This document shows, piece after piece, positions 12,150 through 24,944 of a stretch of 57,798 nt of DNA (position 1 is the stretch's first letter; each line of letters starts with the position of its first letter). The notes beneath the pieces are model-generated. The model was not told the origin of the DNA, ran no database searches, and saw nothing but the letters and a program-made list of their open reading frames with translations. Origin of the DNA: Octopus bimaculoides (lineage: Eukaryota); the NCBI RefSeq assembly GCF_001194135.2, contig NC_068984.1, positions 2,511,269-2,569,066 on the forward strand. Direction: 5' to 3'. The position numbers were made by a program, and so were the translations under genes.

Positions 12150-12620
12150 TTTGACGTTTCTTGAAAGTCAGCCTCCAAAAACCCGCACAAAGAGGACGGA
12201 AAGACAAAAACATGCTTTCTACTTTGACCACGATTTTGAAAACTCTCTATCGTCAGACATCCGAAAAGAAGCGGGGAAATCTGAAAGTTTAACAGTGTCA
12301 CCGCCAGACAACGCAATCCGAAAGACACCAAAAATAATCACTGCATTCATCATAATTTACAATTCCTTATACCAAAACAGTCATATTTAGAATCAAATTA
12401 AAAATATGGAGCGCCACGGAAGTAACAGACAGACTCGTTATTCCCTTATCTGCATTTTCAAACATCACTTCACCATTTATTCCCTTTTGTAAATCACAAT
12501 ATGGAGTCAGACGTCGACCTTTAATCATCTCAATTGTCTACAACCTCACGCAGACGATACATGACAGTTTCAGCAACAACAAACCCACAACTCACAATTA
12601 TTTTCATCGGCATAAACAAT
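12150..12620 (+). mobile_element. Decayed LINE reverse transcriptase fragment (I/Jockey-group-like, clade uncertain)
   Basis: IIIYNSL..N, KIWSA, DRLVIPLSAFSNITSPFIPFCKSQYGVR..., YNLTQTIHDSFSNNKP match the RT QHGFR..HST...L..IT..I..GFN..KP region; shares aaatcacaa(t/c)atggagtcagac with ~20026-20050. Confidence 0.55.
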
Positions 12621-13374
12621 TTTTTCCCTCTCTCCCACTTTCCACTTAAACACAAAATACTCAACACTTATTTAAGAAATAATACAAAAACAATGTCTTG
12701 AATATTCTTTCTCAGATCACAAATGGACTAAAACAACAGATAAAACTTTATATTTTCCTGAATAGAATAGCGCAAGAAACCGTTCTCTGACCGAATCATT
12801 TTAGCCAATTCTTCCAAGAATTTACACATCTCCACGAAATATGTATCTCGCTCCAAATCTAGACAACTTTACATTTATATCGTCTCACTACTATTCTCCA
12901 TAAACCGCTGGAGAATTACACGAAATTCTATTTAAATCCATCGATTCCTTCATCTCAAATGAAATACATCTACCACAGATCAAACACATCGACCACACTG
13001 AACAAGAAAAACCTGACAAAACACACACACACATACACACACAGACACACACACACTGACAGATTGACGAATTGACTTCCACAGGGAAGATAAAATACAG
13101 CCCCCCCCCACCCGACAGCGAATTCTACAGTAACGAAAGCAAAACAAGGTAGAAAGTAGATATAAGACTCAGCAACAGTAAAAGATATCGGAGAGACTCA
13201 GCATAAACTTTGCCAGTCCTGACCGAATTACCATTTCCTCAACAACAACCTGCAAGAAACTTTGAAGAACGCAGGTTGTACGCAGATCAGTCCGAAAGAC
13301 CAGAGTCACTCAGGTCAGCCAGGGCATAGGGGAGGCACAGTTCGTTGATGTAGAAAGCTTCTTCATCCGTTATC

Positions 13375-13610
13375 TCTTATCTTTATCTTTTACTTGTTTC
13401 AGTCATTAGACTGCGTCCATGCTGAGGCACCGCCTTCAAGAATATTTTTTAGTCGAATGAATCGACCCCCAGTACTTATTTTTTTAAAGCTGGTACTTAT
13501 TCAGTGGGTCTCTCTTGTCGAACCACTAAGTTATAGGGACGTAAACACACCAACACCGGTTGTCAAGTTGTGATGGGGGAGACACACTGACACAAAGACA
13601 CACTCACACA
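13375..13610 (-). mobile_element. OK-like SINE, 3' half (split by LINE insertion)
   Basis: ttttatcttttacttgtttcagtcattagactgcg..catgctg..gcaccgcc tail, gaaccactaagtta and ggttgtcaag body shared with all copies. Confidence 0.85.
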
Positions 13611-13635
13611 TAGATGTATGTACATGTATGTATGT

Positions 13636-14634
13636 CATTATTCAGTTTATTTCAAGATTTCTTGCCAATAGAGAAAGAACCGGTTTCTAACCTAGATCAA
13701 GGCTTCTTCATTGAAATTCTAACATCAACAACAGGGTATTTTTGTATGTATGTATGTATGTATGTATGTATGTATGTATGTATGTATATGTGCAGATTTG
13801 TATATTGTGTTTTATGCATATAGTTGCATATCTAGACATTCTCATATATATTTAAATGATAAACTTCTGGAAAGTTTTACAGATTTTTACAGTTCCAGTG
13901 ATGGATTGGATCTGTTGTCTTCTAATTAGATTTCTCCTTTCTGGTTTTGAGAAGCCTAATTTCTCAAGGTTGGTATTTATACAGTGTGTTACATATGCCA
14001 GGGTCCCAATAATTACAGGTATAAACCTGAACTTGTAATCTGGATAGAGTAACTGCATATTTCTCAATAGTTCAGCATAGGTGTTCTCTTTTTCACTGAT
14101 CTTCAGCTTTATGCTAACATCCGCTGGGCAGCTAATTTCCACAACTGCGCACAGTTTCTCTTCTCTATCCCAAATCATTATATCTAGGCTGTTGTTTTTA
14201 TATTTTATTGAGGTCTTCACTGGGACATTCCACCAGTTTCCTTTCCATTATAAGTGGCTATGGCTTCTACCATATTGTGGATTTTTATTTTTTTGTCCTC
14301 AGGATTATCCTTCCGACGGATTTCATTATAGTGTCTTAGCTACAACGTCATATCTCATCGGTAGATAATACCGTGATGACATTTTCGGACAACTGCTTAT
14401 GATGTAGGTGATATTTTCAATGTGAACTCCACAAAATCTGCATCGGTTGTCACATTTTACGGCTTTTCCTGCATCTCTAATCCCTCTTATTGCTCGGTTG
14501 ATATATCCTGTTCCTGGATTGCAAACGCATTCCCTGCAAAGTGGGAGGCAGTAAACCGGCTAATGATCCATGATAAACTGCTTTGATGATCGATGTTACT
14601 ATCATCATGGTGCTTTCTACTAGCATATCCATGC
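13636..14634 (-). mobile_element. R4/Dong-like non-LTR retrotransposon, 5'-truncated (CCHC knuckle, restriction-like endonuclease, 3' UTR)
   Basis: IQEQDI...CRFCGVHIENITYIISSCPKMS..YLPMRYDVVAK, then ORF 13852-14220 DIMIWDREEKLCAVVEISCPADVSIKLKISEKENTYAEL...IPVIIGTL; 3' UTR shared with 35426-35690. Confidence 0.85.
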
Positions 14635-14669
14635 AATGTATGCATGTATGTATGTATGTATCTATCTAT

Positions 14670-14835
14670 CTATACGACAGGATTTTTTCAGTTTCATCTA
14701 CCAAATCCGCTCACATGGCTTTGATCGTCCCGAGGCTATAGCAGAAGACAGTTACTCAAGGTTCCACACAGTGAGACTGAACCCAGAAGCATGTGGTTGG
14801 GAAGCAAGCTTCTTACCACACAGCCACGCCAGCGC
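14670..14835 (-). mobile_element. OK-like SINE, 5' half with tRNA-derived head
   Basis: tttcagtttcatctaccaaatcc...gactgaacccagaagcatgtggttgggaagcaagcttcttaccacacagccacgcc; complements the half at 13375-13610. Confidence 0.85.
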
Positions 14836-15304
14836 CAATATACAAATAACTATGCATGACAGTTCCTGGTTGTCAACGTTTTGTTTTGATGTACATCGTC
14901 ACCAACTGGCATTAAAGAGGGATATGGATCGTTGCACTTTGACCGAGTCAACTTTTTCCGCATCTGATGTGGCCACCACTGCAGATGTATAGAAATTGAC
15001 GGGAGAGTGGAGAGAGTGCAGTATGTACATCATAACATCTCTTGTTTGACTACTGTATGTTGATGCGTGTCATCCCTTGGAAAACGGCGGTTTGGTGTAA
15101 CTAGGGAAGAAGGACTTCTTGCTGGGACCTCGACATCGATTGTCGACATTGATCAGAGCTGACCTCTTAGGATTCATGACAAAAACTACTTGGATATCAT
15201 AGCCAGATGAAAGCTGATTGGGTCTACGGAACAACAACAACAACGACAACATCATCATCAACAATAACAAGAACGGCAGCAGAAACAGCAACAGAACAAC
15301 AGTA

Positions 15305-15436
15305 AGAGTAGAGTTTGCCGAAGAGGAAGCGAAGAGTAGAGTTTGCCGAAGAGGAAGCGAAGAGTAGAGTTTGCTGAAGAGGAAGCGAAGAGTAGAGTTT
15401 GCTGAAGAGGGAAGCTGATCTTAGAAGATCAGCTTC
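15305..15436. repeat. 28-bp minisatellite (4 units) ending in a 26-bp near-perfect palindrome
   Basis: agagtagagtttgc(c/t)gaagaggaagcga at 15305, 15333, 15361, 15389; gaagctgatctt-ag-aagatcagcttc at 15411-15436. Confidence 0.92.
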
Positions 15437-15767
15437 TTCTAAGAAACACACACACACTTACACTCACACGCACTAACACACTCACACACACACACACTCA
15501 CACACACACTAACACACTCATACACACGCTCACACACACACTAACACACTCACACACACACTCACACACATTCACAAACACAAACACATACACACACTCG
15601 CACACGCACACACACATACACACTCACATGCAAACACACACATTCACACAAACGCGCGTTCACACACACACGCGGTTGCATGTACAAGCATATTTATAAG
15701 CACGCATGCACATATCTTTGCATGTATAAGCATGCACGTAACTCTCTTACAAACACACATGCACACA

Positions 15768-15799
<32 letters not shown>

Positions 15800-15914
15800 C
15801 ATACATACATACATACATACATATACATACATACATACATGTTTGCATTTGTAAGCATACATATAAAAATATATATTTTCATATACAGGCACACTTACAA
15901 ACTCTCTCTCTCTT

Positions 15915-15965
<51 letters not shown>

Positions 15966-16964
15966 TTCTCTCACACACACGCATGCGCACACGTTGTATA
16001 CAGAACTGTATGGTGTCTGGTGCTGAGTAATCTGTCTTTCAGTCAGTCTCCTCTTCAGTTTAGAGCGCTCGGTGGTCTTCATGCGTGTTTAATAAACTCT
16101 CTTCACTCTTTCTCAAGCTCATCGTTGCTATCAGCGACACTGATGCTGTTCGCTTGCCTAACCATTTCCATTTTCAAAGTTGCTAATAAAATTTAACGGA
16201 GACTAACCTTTTCGAATTCTTCAATTCTTCAAAGAGTCCACCGACTTTCAAGCACGCAACTATGGCAACAACTAGTCACGCGTAAAAAAATATTTATACT
16301 CGCAACACGGAGACTCTTTTTATCACATTTTCTAATGCTTTCTCTCCTTCTCTCTTTCTTTCTATCTATTCTCTCTCTCTCTCTGTCTGTCTGTCTCTCT
16401 CTGTCTTATGCTTTCTCGTACTTTCTCTCTATTCCTCTTCTTTTATCTCTCTTTTCTGTCACTCTCTCTTTCTCGTTCAGTTTAATTCGTAATTTTTCTC
16501 TCGGTTTCGTTCACACATGCGCACACATATATAATATACATACACGCACACACTCACGCGCGCACACAAACTTACACACACAAACGCATATCAACACACA
16601 CAAGCATCGCAGCACATTCACATACATGTCAGCACACACAAACACACAAGCACATAGCTTCTAAACCTGTTCCATAGCTATGATCATCACAAAGATAACA
16701 GTTTATATATTTGCATTCGTACATTGAAACATAAATGTACAACTGTATGTTTCGTTTGTGGTTAACCCTTCCGTAATCACACCCAGTCGCGCTTTCGTCA
16801 GACACACAAATTCACGCACACAAACACACAACCGCATGCATACGGATGCACACAAGACGCCTCCTCCACTCTCAAGCACACACACCTCACTTCGACGATT
16901 CCACTACAAAATACGAGATTCTACATCTCCAAAATATTCTTGCTATTTTCAAGTTGAAATATTA

Positions 16965-17342
16965 ATGTATCCCTGCCCCGCAAAATTCTGTTGACTGTTC
17001 ATTGAGCCACTTCTTCACTACAGTTTTCACTTCCTCGACACTGGAATAATCTTCGGCCCCATGAAAGAAGGTTTGAGAGGCAGACATTATTCCAGTAACA
17101 AGGAAGTGAAAACTGTAGTGAAGAAGTGGCTCAAAGAACAGTCAACAGAATTTTACAGGGTAGGGATACATGCTCTCATTCGAAGTTGGAACATTGCTAT
17201 TGAGAGAAATGGTGACTATGTTGAGAAGTAGGGATGTGATCCACAGAGGACCAGCTTCATTTTGATGTATGATACATGTTCCTGTGTTGGTAATTATACC
17301 TGTCCTAAACAAAATGACATTACTTCTTGACTCACCTTCGTA
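16965..17342 (+). mobile_element. Mariner-derived foldback element, copy 1
   Basis: Transposase C-terminus FGPMKEGLRGRHYSSNKEVKTVVKKWLKEQSTEFYRVGIHALIRSWNIAIERNGDYVEK* (stop 17229-17231), TIR-like end ttacttcttgactcaccttcg|ta; inverted arms 16965-17050 and 17086-17171. Confidence 0.85.
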
Positions 17343-17559
17343 TGTATAACAGCCTCATATGATTTTCCACAGAGTCTACACAAAGTTGATACTGCTCTCT
17401 TATCAATGCTACAAATGGTTAAGTTAGTTCGTAAAACTTGAGCAGTAAGAATCAGTCCTTCCGTTTCCTTCTTTAAAAAAAAACCCTTTCTTAATCAGCT
17501 CTTGATTTACTTCACTTGATTTTCTTCTATTCCAACCTTCGTTTTTCATCTTCCTTCCT

Positions 17560-18700
17560 TGGCAAATAAAGCTGTGCTACTTCTTCTATAAAGGAATCCA
17601 TGCATAGCTGTTGCTTTCCTAGTTTTTCTATCCATGTTGACAAGTTCTTCACATCTACACCTTAAGTTTAATGCCTCTAATCAAGTTCCGTTTAATTTAG
17701 ACCTCCATAACTTTCTAACTCTTCTGGAATATTCAGGAGAAATTTTCTCCTTCATCTTGACATTCAGCATCTGATCGAGTTGTAAAACACCAAGAAACTT
17801 GTAACTCTCTCCGTTCACTTCTCTTATCCGCTCATCATCTAGAAATCATATTCCACTGCTGCCTATTTTGCGCCCTGTCCTTAGTTCAATAACAGCGTAT
17901 TTCTCTATACCAAATGCCACCTGGATGTCTTGAGAGAAAATTCGTACAGACTGAATAAAGGAATCCAATTGACTACTGCTGCCCTTGTAAAGATTTAAAT
18001 CATCCCTAAACGCCAGATGATTGATTGGTCACATGTTTTTCCATAGCTTAGGTCTCATCTTTCTCAGAAGTATGGAGAGCAGTAACATCCAAACAATAAA
18101 CGGTAAGGGTGACACCACGCCTCCTTGAAAGATTTCTCTCTTGATGTCGACTTGTCCAACCTCTCTTCCACCTGCAATCAAAGCTATCTTCCAATTTCTT
18201 ATACTATATTTGAACAAAAAGATCAAAGTTTTTACTGCTCCGACTATCTCTAGGCATTTCAGAATCCACGAGTGAGGAACCAAATCATATGCCTTCTTAT
18301 AATCAATCCAACCCATTGATAGGTTTGTCAACCTTCTTCGACAGTTCCTCAAAATTGCCTGATCAATCCTCAACTGATTCTTTTTGCCTTGTGATCCCTT
18401 TCTGCAGCCTCTCCAATCATCTGCTAACAGCCATTTCTTTCAAGATAGTCGTACAATTTATTTCCCAGTTTGAAGTTTTTATAACATTGGTAAATAAGCA
18501 ATGAGACGACAGTTACGGTCTCTCGCCCCCTTGGATGGGTCCTTCTGAGTCAGCCGAGTTCTTCCTTTGACCATCCATTCTGGTATAATTCCTTGCAGGA
18601 GTTTTTGTAGTTTTGGATGTAAATTAGTCAAACCCTTGAACCAAAACCCTGAACTATCTCCGGACAAGCTGCCTTTCAATTTCTCATCTTACCAGGATGC
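17560..18700 (-). mobile_element. R4/Dong-like LINE reverse transcriptase fragment
   Basis: GFWFKGLTNLH..PEWMVKGRTRLTQKDPSKG, GCRKGSQG..QLRIDQAIL..NLSMGWIDYKKAYDLVPHSWI, IFQGG.VSPL.F, INHLAFRDDL (cf. YMDD), YKFLGVLQ; stops and frameshifts. Confidence 0.9.
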
Positions 18701-19929
18701 AGTTTGATTGTTTACTCGATTCTTTGAATGTCCCACTAGTCGGAGTTAAGAACAGAAATTCTCTAGTTCGAAACCTCGATCTGCCAAGTTACTCTGCAGT
18801 ACCTTCCCTTTGTTGGTTATATCATTTCATTCTGTCGGTATTGAGACACAGAAATAAACACAGGCGAACATCACATTATCTTAATAGGTTCGTTAATTTT
18901 CTTACAATATATTTCGCCGAAGATTTTGAGATAAACACGCTTCGTATTTATATATAAAAACTAAACGAGTCAGTTGAATGACGCTGAATAATTAGTTGCT
19001 CCACGTAACCGAGTAAATTGGTTTCTGTGTGTCGTGCACTGTTTTAAATTATCGGCTGTGAATGACGGGGTCAGAGAGTAAATGTTATTAAAAGGAGATT
19101 GTTCATAATCTGTAATTAGATAACTGTTATTCATATCGATTAACGAAATATCGATTCCTTTGAAGAAGATCAAATGCAGAGCAAGTTGCCAGAAATACTA
19201 AGATATTGAACTAAACGGCCTTGCACTGGTTAATCTCTCTCTTTAAAGCGAAAACTAGAACGAAATGTCTTGCAGTATTTAAATTTGTTTCTGTAGGTTA
19301 TGAGTTCAAATCTTGATGCATTCAAGTAAAAGTTTTAGCCACTAAAATAAATACCAGTTATATTCTATGGGTAGATTGACTCGAATATACTTTCGGTTTA
19401 ACGTAAATATGTTCGTAGTCTTTCAGGAACATCACCATTTCCTTCCTCAAAAAACTTCTTGTCTTTTATAAACACACTCTTGAGTTTTCGTAAATACACT
19501 CCAGGTCGAACACAATGATACCCAACTCAGCCAATCAAAAGCCGATATTTGCAAACAAAGTCGGCATTTGAAGTCAGAGAGAATAGCTATGTGAATCGAC
19601 TCGTGTATGTAACTGCTACTTACGTCTCGCTATGGCCCTCTCACCTTTATATTCAGGACAGTAGATCTCGTATATTATTTCTTGAAGACGGTACTGTGGA
19701 CTTCAGAAAATCTAGCAGCTAATTTGAGCTGATTGACCAACCAAGTTGAGGTTAGTTTGGAAGTTTTCCAACTGAGAGACTTCAACATCTCACAGCATCA
19801 AAGAAACATTGAAAATACATCAAAGGAGCATGAAATCATTCACTCACCAATTTCTATTCCTATCAACACTGACAAATGGCCAGAATTGAGAAACCGGTCC
19901 AAGTCATCACTATTTTGAAACTCAGTAGA

Positions 19930-20130
19930 CACGTTGATGGTACAAATTACATCATCCTCTTACACAAAGCCCGGAGAATTCTAAAACGATGCATGCTTGA
20001 TGCAATAACCCACACATCATCTTCAGAAAAATCACAACATGGAGTCAGACTTCTACACGTAATCCCCCCGCGTTCTTATCGACTTTACACAAACATTACA
20101 CAGCAGATTCAACAATAACGAGAAACCCAC
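19930..20130 (+). mobile_element. Decayed LINE RT fragment, same family as 12150-12620
   Basis: NYIILLHKARRILKRC...SEKSQHGVR...LYTNITQQIQQ; nucleotide word shared with ~12492-12512. Confidence 0.55.
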
Positions 20131-20131
20131 C

Positions 20132-20539
20132 AGTAGCAGTGTTCCACCTTTGAATGAGAGCATGTATCCCTGCCCTGTAAAATTCTGTTGACGGTTCTTT
20201 GAGCCACTTCTTCACTACAGTTTTCACTTCCTCGACAGTGGAATAATGTTTGCCTCTCAAACCCTCTTTCATGGGACCGAAGATTATTCCAGTGACGAAG
20301 AAGTGAAAACTGTAGTGAAGAAGTGGCTCAAAGAACAGTCAACAGAATTTTAAGGAGCAGGGATACATGCTCTCATTCGAAGGTGGAACATTACTATTGA
20401 GAGAAATGGTGACTATATTGAGAAATAGGGATGTGATCTACAGAGGACCCGCTTCATTTTGATGTATGATACATGTTCCTGTGTTGGTAATTACACCTGT
20501 CCTAAACAAAATGGTATTACTTTTTGACCCACCTTCGTA
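20132..20539 (+). mobile_element. Mariner-derived foldback element, copy 2 (loop reversed)
   Basis: Same transposase C-terminus and TIR-like end (ttactttttgacccaccttcgta); arms ~20132-20247 and 20283-20398; spacer 20248-20282 is the reverse complement of the copy 1 spacer. Confidence 0.85.
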
Positions 20540-21700
20540 TTTAATGTTAAATTTTCGTTAGCTTTTAATTGTTGTTGACGGTCTACGACTTAGTGTTGTA
20601 TATTTATCAAGTAGATTTTTTTATATTTGGGGATCGTTTCCATAATCCAGGAGCTTTATTTCGAATTCTTATTTACCAGCTGCATTAAATTTTGGAGACC
20701 TCATCCATTTATGATGGAATATTTTTGAGGACCGCACTCAATGGATTTACCACTCCTTCACATGTGGAATAACTTTTTCTCTTATCTCCACCGTTTTTTG
20801 GTCAACTTTTAAAATTCGTTTCATTAAGTAGAGTTATAATAACTCCAACCATTCGATTTATTTTGATTAAAAATTCTTTGCCATTTTGTTTTTGATCAAT
20901 TTGCAAAGCTGGACATTTCTTTTAAACCTTAAAAGTCAAGCCTTTCTACATGTGTAATTTAGATTTTCTATACAAGAATAGCAGCTACAAGAATGGTCAG
21001 GAAAAGTTAACGAGAATAAGGGACGATTTTGAAATATGTGTATTTATGTATATTTTATTGAAAAATGATGATTACTATGGTTACAAGTACAGAATTAATT
21101 TTATTCAAACATGGTAAGACTTACGTTTATTAACGAATATAACTCCCTATATTGTGCCTTATTTGCATATTTTGAGACTCGAATATAAAATTAGACTATT
21201 TGCATATTTAATTAGATATTGAAGTGGCTGTTGTTCCAAAAAATACAGTTTATTACAAATAGCTGAATTTAATTAACCTGCTACATACAAAACTTGAGAT
21301 ATTTCGTATCTGAATATTAATTAGCTGAAATTAGTGGTTTTCCAATATTTCTTCTTTTGGGGATGAAGTTTTTGCTAAAAGGGGCCATGTTCAGAATTTG
21401 TTATACACTTAAATTATGAATTTAATTTTATTTTGCTAGCTTTCCGTCACGAGAGTAAGCTGTGCCCCCGCCTCCTTACAGGGCCTCCCAGGCTGTGAGA
21501 GGAGAGGTATACTAAACCTTGATATCTGGCCTTGATGCTTGCAGCACAGTTGACTCCGCCAATATCAACATAGGTGCTGTGTGTGAGCATATATATATAT
21601 NNNNNNNNNNNNNNNNNNNNNNNNNNNNNNNNNNNNNNNNNNNNNNNNNNNNNNNNNNNNNNNNNNNNNNNNNNNNNNNNNNNNNNNNNNNNNNNNNNNN

Positions 21701-21915
21701 GATGGAAACTGAAAGAAGCCCATCATATATATGTACATGTATGTATGTATATGTGTGTCTGTATCTGTCCCCCCACCATTGCTTGACAACTGATGTTGGT
21801 GCATTTATGACCCTGTAACTTAGCAGTTCGGCAAAAGAGACCAGTAGGACAAGTACAAGGCTTACAAATAATAAGTTCTGGAGTCAATGCATTTGACTAT
21901 AAATTCTTCAAGGCA
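21701..21915 (+). mobile_element. OK-like SINE body (head hidden by gap)
   Basis: gatggaaactgaaagaagccc...cttgacaac...taacttagcagttcggcaaaagagacc. Confidence 0.8.
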
Positions 21916-22047
21916 GTGTGTGTTGTGAGCTTTCTAATCTAAAAGATTTGGTTGTAACCCCACATTAAATATTTCAAATTAAATTATTATTTCCACATCA
22001 CCCAGCAGTGCTATGCACATAAGGCTAAAAGCAATACTTAAACCATT

Positions 22048-22455
22048 GTCTTTTATCTTTTATCATTAACTAGTTTCAGGTATTAGACTGCGGTCATGCT
22101 GGGGCACCACCTCGAAGAATTCTTAGTCAAATGAAACAATTGCAGTACTTTTTTTCTTTTGTAAGCCTGGCACTTATTCTATCAGTTTCTTTTGTCGAAC
22201 CACAAGGTTATTGGAATGTAAACAAATCAACACTGGCTGTCAAGCGATGGTGGGCGGACAAACACAGACACAAAGAGACACACACATATACAATGGGCTT
22301 CTTTGAGTTTCCGTCTACCAAATCCACTCACAAGGCTTTGGTCAGCCTGAGGCTATAGTAGAAGACACTGGCCCAAGGTGTCACGCAGTGGGACTGAACT
22401 CAGAACAATGTGGTTAGGAAGCAAACTTCTTACCACACCATCATGCCTGCACCTA
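22048..22455 (-). mobile_element. OK-like SINE, near full length
   Basis: Tail, body, internal (CA)n and tRNA-like head (gggactgaactcagaac...ttcttaccacac) all present. Confidence 0.9.
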
Positions 22456-22929
22456 TTGTTTGTATATTTAGTATAACAAACAGATGCAATTATGTGGTGA
22501 AGAAAAAACAACTTCAGATCAACTCCCTAATATTATTATAATCATTTCAGCAAGCATGAGATACAATTTGAATTATGTTTCAACCTTGTTATACCTCCTC
22601 AGTTTATCATAGTTTTCAACATATATCATAAAATACTTGTCAAAATACCGATGAGAAATTTACAATTCAGATTATATAATATTGTACTCAATTAGATGTG
22701 GATAATTAGCATATTAAATAAAAACCAAATCACTGGGGTTAATTACTCACACCATTTTCATGAAAGTGATCATTAAATATGCTAAGTCAGTGTTATCATA
22801 ATTAATTTAATGTTCATTCATTAGATATGCTAACAATAAAGTTAACTATTTAAAATAAAGCTTTTCTTTTTACAATCAACATCTTATTAAATATTTATTG
22901 AACAATTATTGGTAACAACAACCATAATG

Positions 22930-23220
22930 ATTATAAGGATGATTATAATAACGAAGGTGACGAAGATGTTGCTGTTACTGCACCTGCTGATGGTGATGAT
23001 GATGATGACTGGAGGAGGAGAATCTTATTAATGATGAGAATGACAATATGATAAGGATGATGATGATGATGATGATGAGAGTTAACGATAAATGATGATT
23101 ATCATTATCGTCACCACCATCATCTTCTCTGGTACTGCCACTAATATTGTCATCATTTTCACCATCATCGTCAGTGCCATCGTTGTCACCATCATCAGTG
23201 TCATTGTCATCATCAACATA
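22930..23220. repeat. (GAT)n/(CAT)n low-complexity tract
   Basis: Degenerate trinucleotide runs. Confidence 0.8.
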
Positions 23221-23929
23221 ATGCTTTCTAGGGCTATGTTGTCAAAGACGCTTCTTTTTTAAAGGCAGCAAATTGTATTGGAAGGAAATTTAGCTGCTGT
23301 CTCTAGCAGCTGAACCAGCCACAGATATTTATGAACTTCACTATGCCAGTATCTGTTTTTTGTCCTAATTTCAATGGCATAAATACTCAACATTCGAATG
23401 CCTGTTATCATATCTCATTAAATCTAGCTTCATTCAGTTGACATGGATGACTTGTACACAATTAAAACCTTATAGCTACCTTCCATAATAAAGTAAGGAG
23501 AAGCAATTTTCTCTTGTCACTCACACCACTACAATAAGATGTTAAACCACTTGCAAGCTTGCATTTGTGATGGCGCTCACATTGAATAAAAACCAGTCAA
23601 AAGGATATTTTTATTATTTTGTCGGATAATACACAAATTTTCTTGTATAGAATTGTCAGTTTTATAAGCCTCTATCAACATATGTATTTGATATAGCTAC
23701 AGTTAAGAAACATTGCTCAGAGCAAAATAGCTTTTTAACTAAGAGTATCTGTTGAGTAGCAACAGAGATAAGTTCAATTCAGAAGTGGGCTGTGGGCGAA
23801 ATATGGTTGAGAATGAGAGGACAGAACACAAGTAAATCAGCAGATTCAAACAAGGCATGCAATAGTATAAGTGTGATATAATGATATCTGTACAATAATA
23901 ATACATATGATATATATTACATAATATAT

Positions 23930-23966
<37 letters not shown>

Positions 23967-24084
23967 CTTTTTTTATTTTTAAAGTTGCAAAAACGTCGCA
24001 GTTTAAAAAATAAAAAACAGCATATTACTCTGCCTCCATTATTCGAGTACTATTTTTTCTGCTTTGTTTCACATTCATATGCTT

Positions 24085-24141
<57 letters not shown>

Positions 24142-24539
24142 GTGAAAGAAAGAAAATGGAGAAAAATGGATGTGTGAATAATTTATTTGTATGATATAAA
24201 GATGTTGAAACTTTTTTTTAAAAATTACAATACAAATGAATTATAAGTTGTAAAGCTCAAAAAGAAAATAGAGGCTGCATACATATATGTATGTGTGTAT
24301 ATATGTATATAGATGTATTTATATATATATATGTNNNNNNNNNNTATATACATACATATGCTTTTAGGTCACTTTAAACAGAACCCTTGATACAATAACA
24401 CTGTGTATAAACTCTGTATGTGGAATGACCAATTTCAAAGACTGTTGGACTTTAGTCATAGGGTATTGGAATCTTAATAATGGATTTACAAAGCCAACGA
24501 CCAATCTTAAAAACAATTGGACTTTACTCACAAGGTACT

Positions 24540-24682
24540 GGAAGAGTACAGCAGGGTTCGCCACCAACCCCTGCCGGAGCCACGTGGAGCTTTAGGTGTT
24601 TTCGCTCAATAAACACTCACAACGCCCGGTCTGGGAATCAAAACGGTGATCTTATGACCGCGAGTCCGCTGCCCTAACCAAT
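24540..24682 (-). mobile_element. OR-like SINE head (tRNA-derived)
   Basis: Reverse complement ggttagggcagcggactcgcggtcataagatcaccgttttgattcccagaccgggcgttgtgag, homologous to 51690-51830. Confidence 0.8.
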
Positions 24683-24944
24683 CATAGTCCTACATACACT
24701 ATATTCATTGGACAATTTACTCTTAGATACACTATGTCCATTGTGTAATATAGCCCTAAATGAAGTATATTCTTTGGATAATGTAGTCTTAAATACACCA
24801 TGTGAGTTTAAAAAATTTAGTCCAAGCTATACACTCTTTATTAAATGGCATATTTCCAATTACACTATGGCCATTAATCACCTGCCATCTGAGAGTGATT
24901 AAATTCAATTACATTCTATAAGACAGACGTACAAAAGCGTTATC

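Noticed and set aside
15305-15416. 28-bp repeats as a CRISPR array
   Set aside because: Units are head-to-tail with no spacers, no cas genes are present, and the context is eukaryotic.
15879-16082. ORF start MKTTERSKLKRRLTERQ as a first exon
   Set aside because: No canonical donor before it runs into microsatellite; no recognisable homology.
20560-20980. Lysine-rich minus-strand reading with coding-like texture
   Set aside because: Multiple stops in every frame I read and no identifiable motif.
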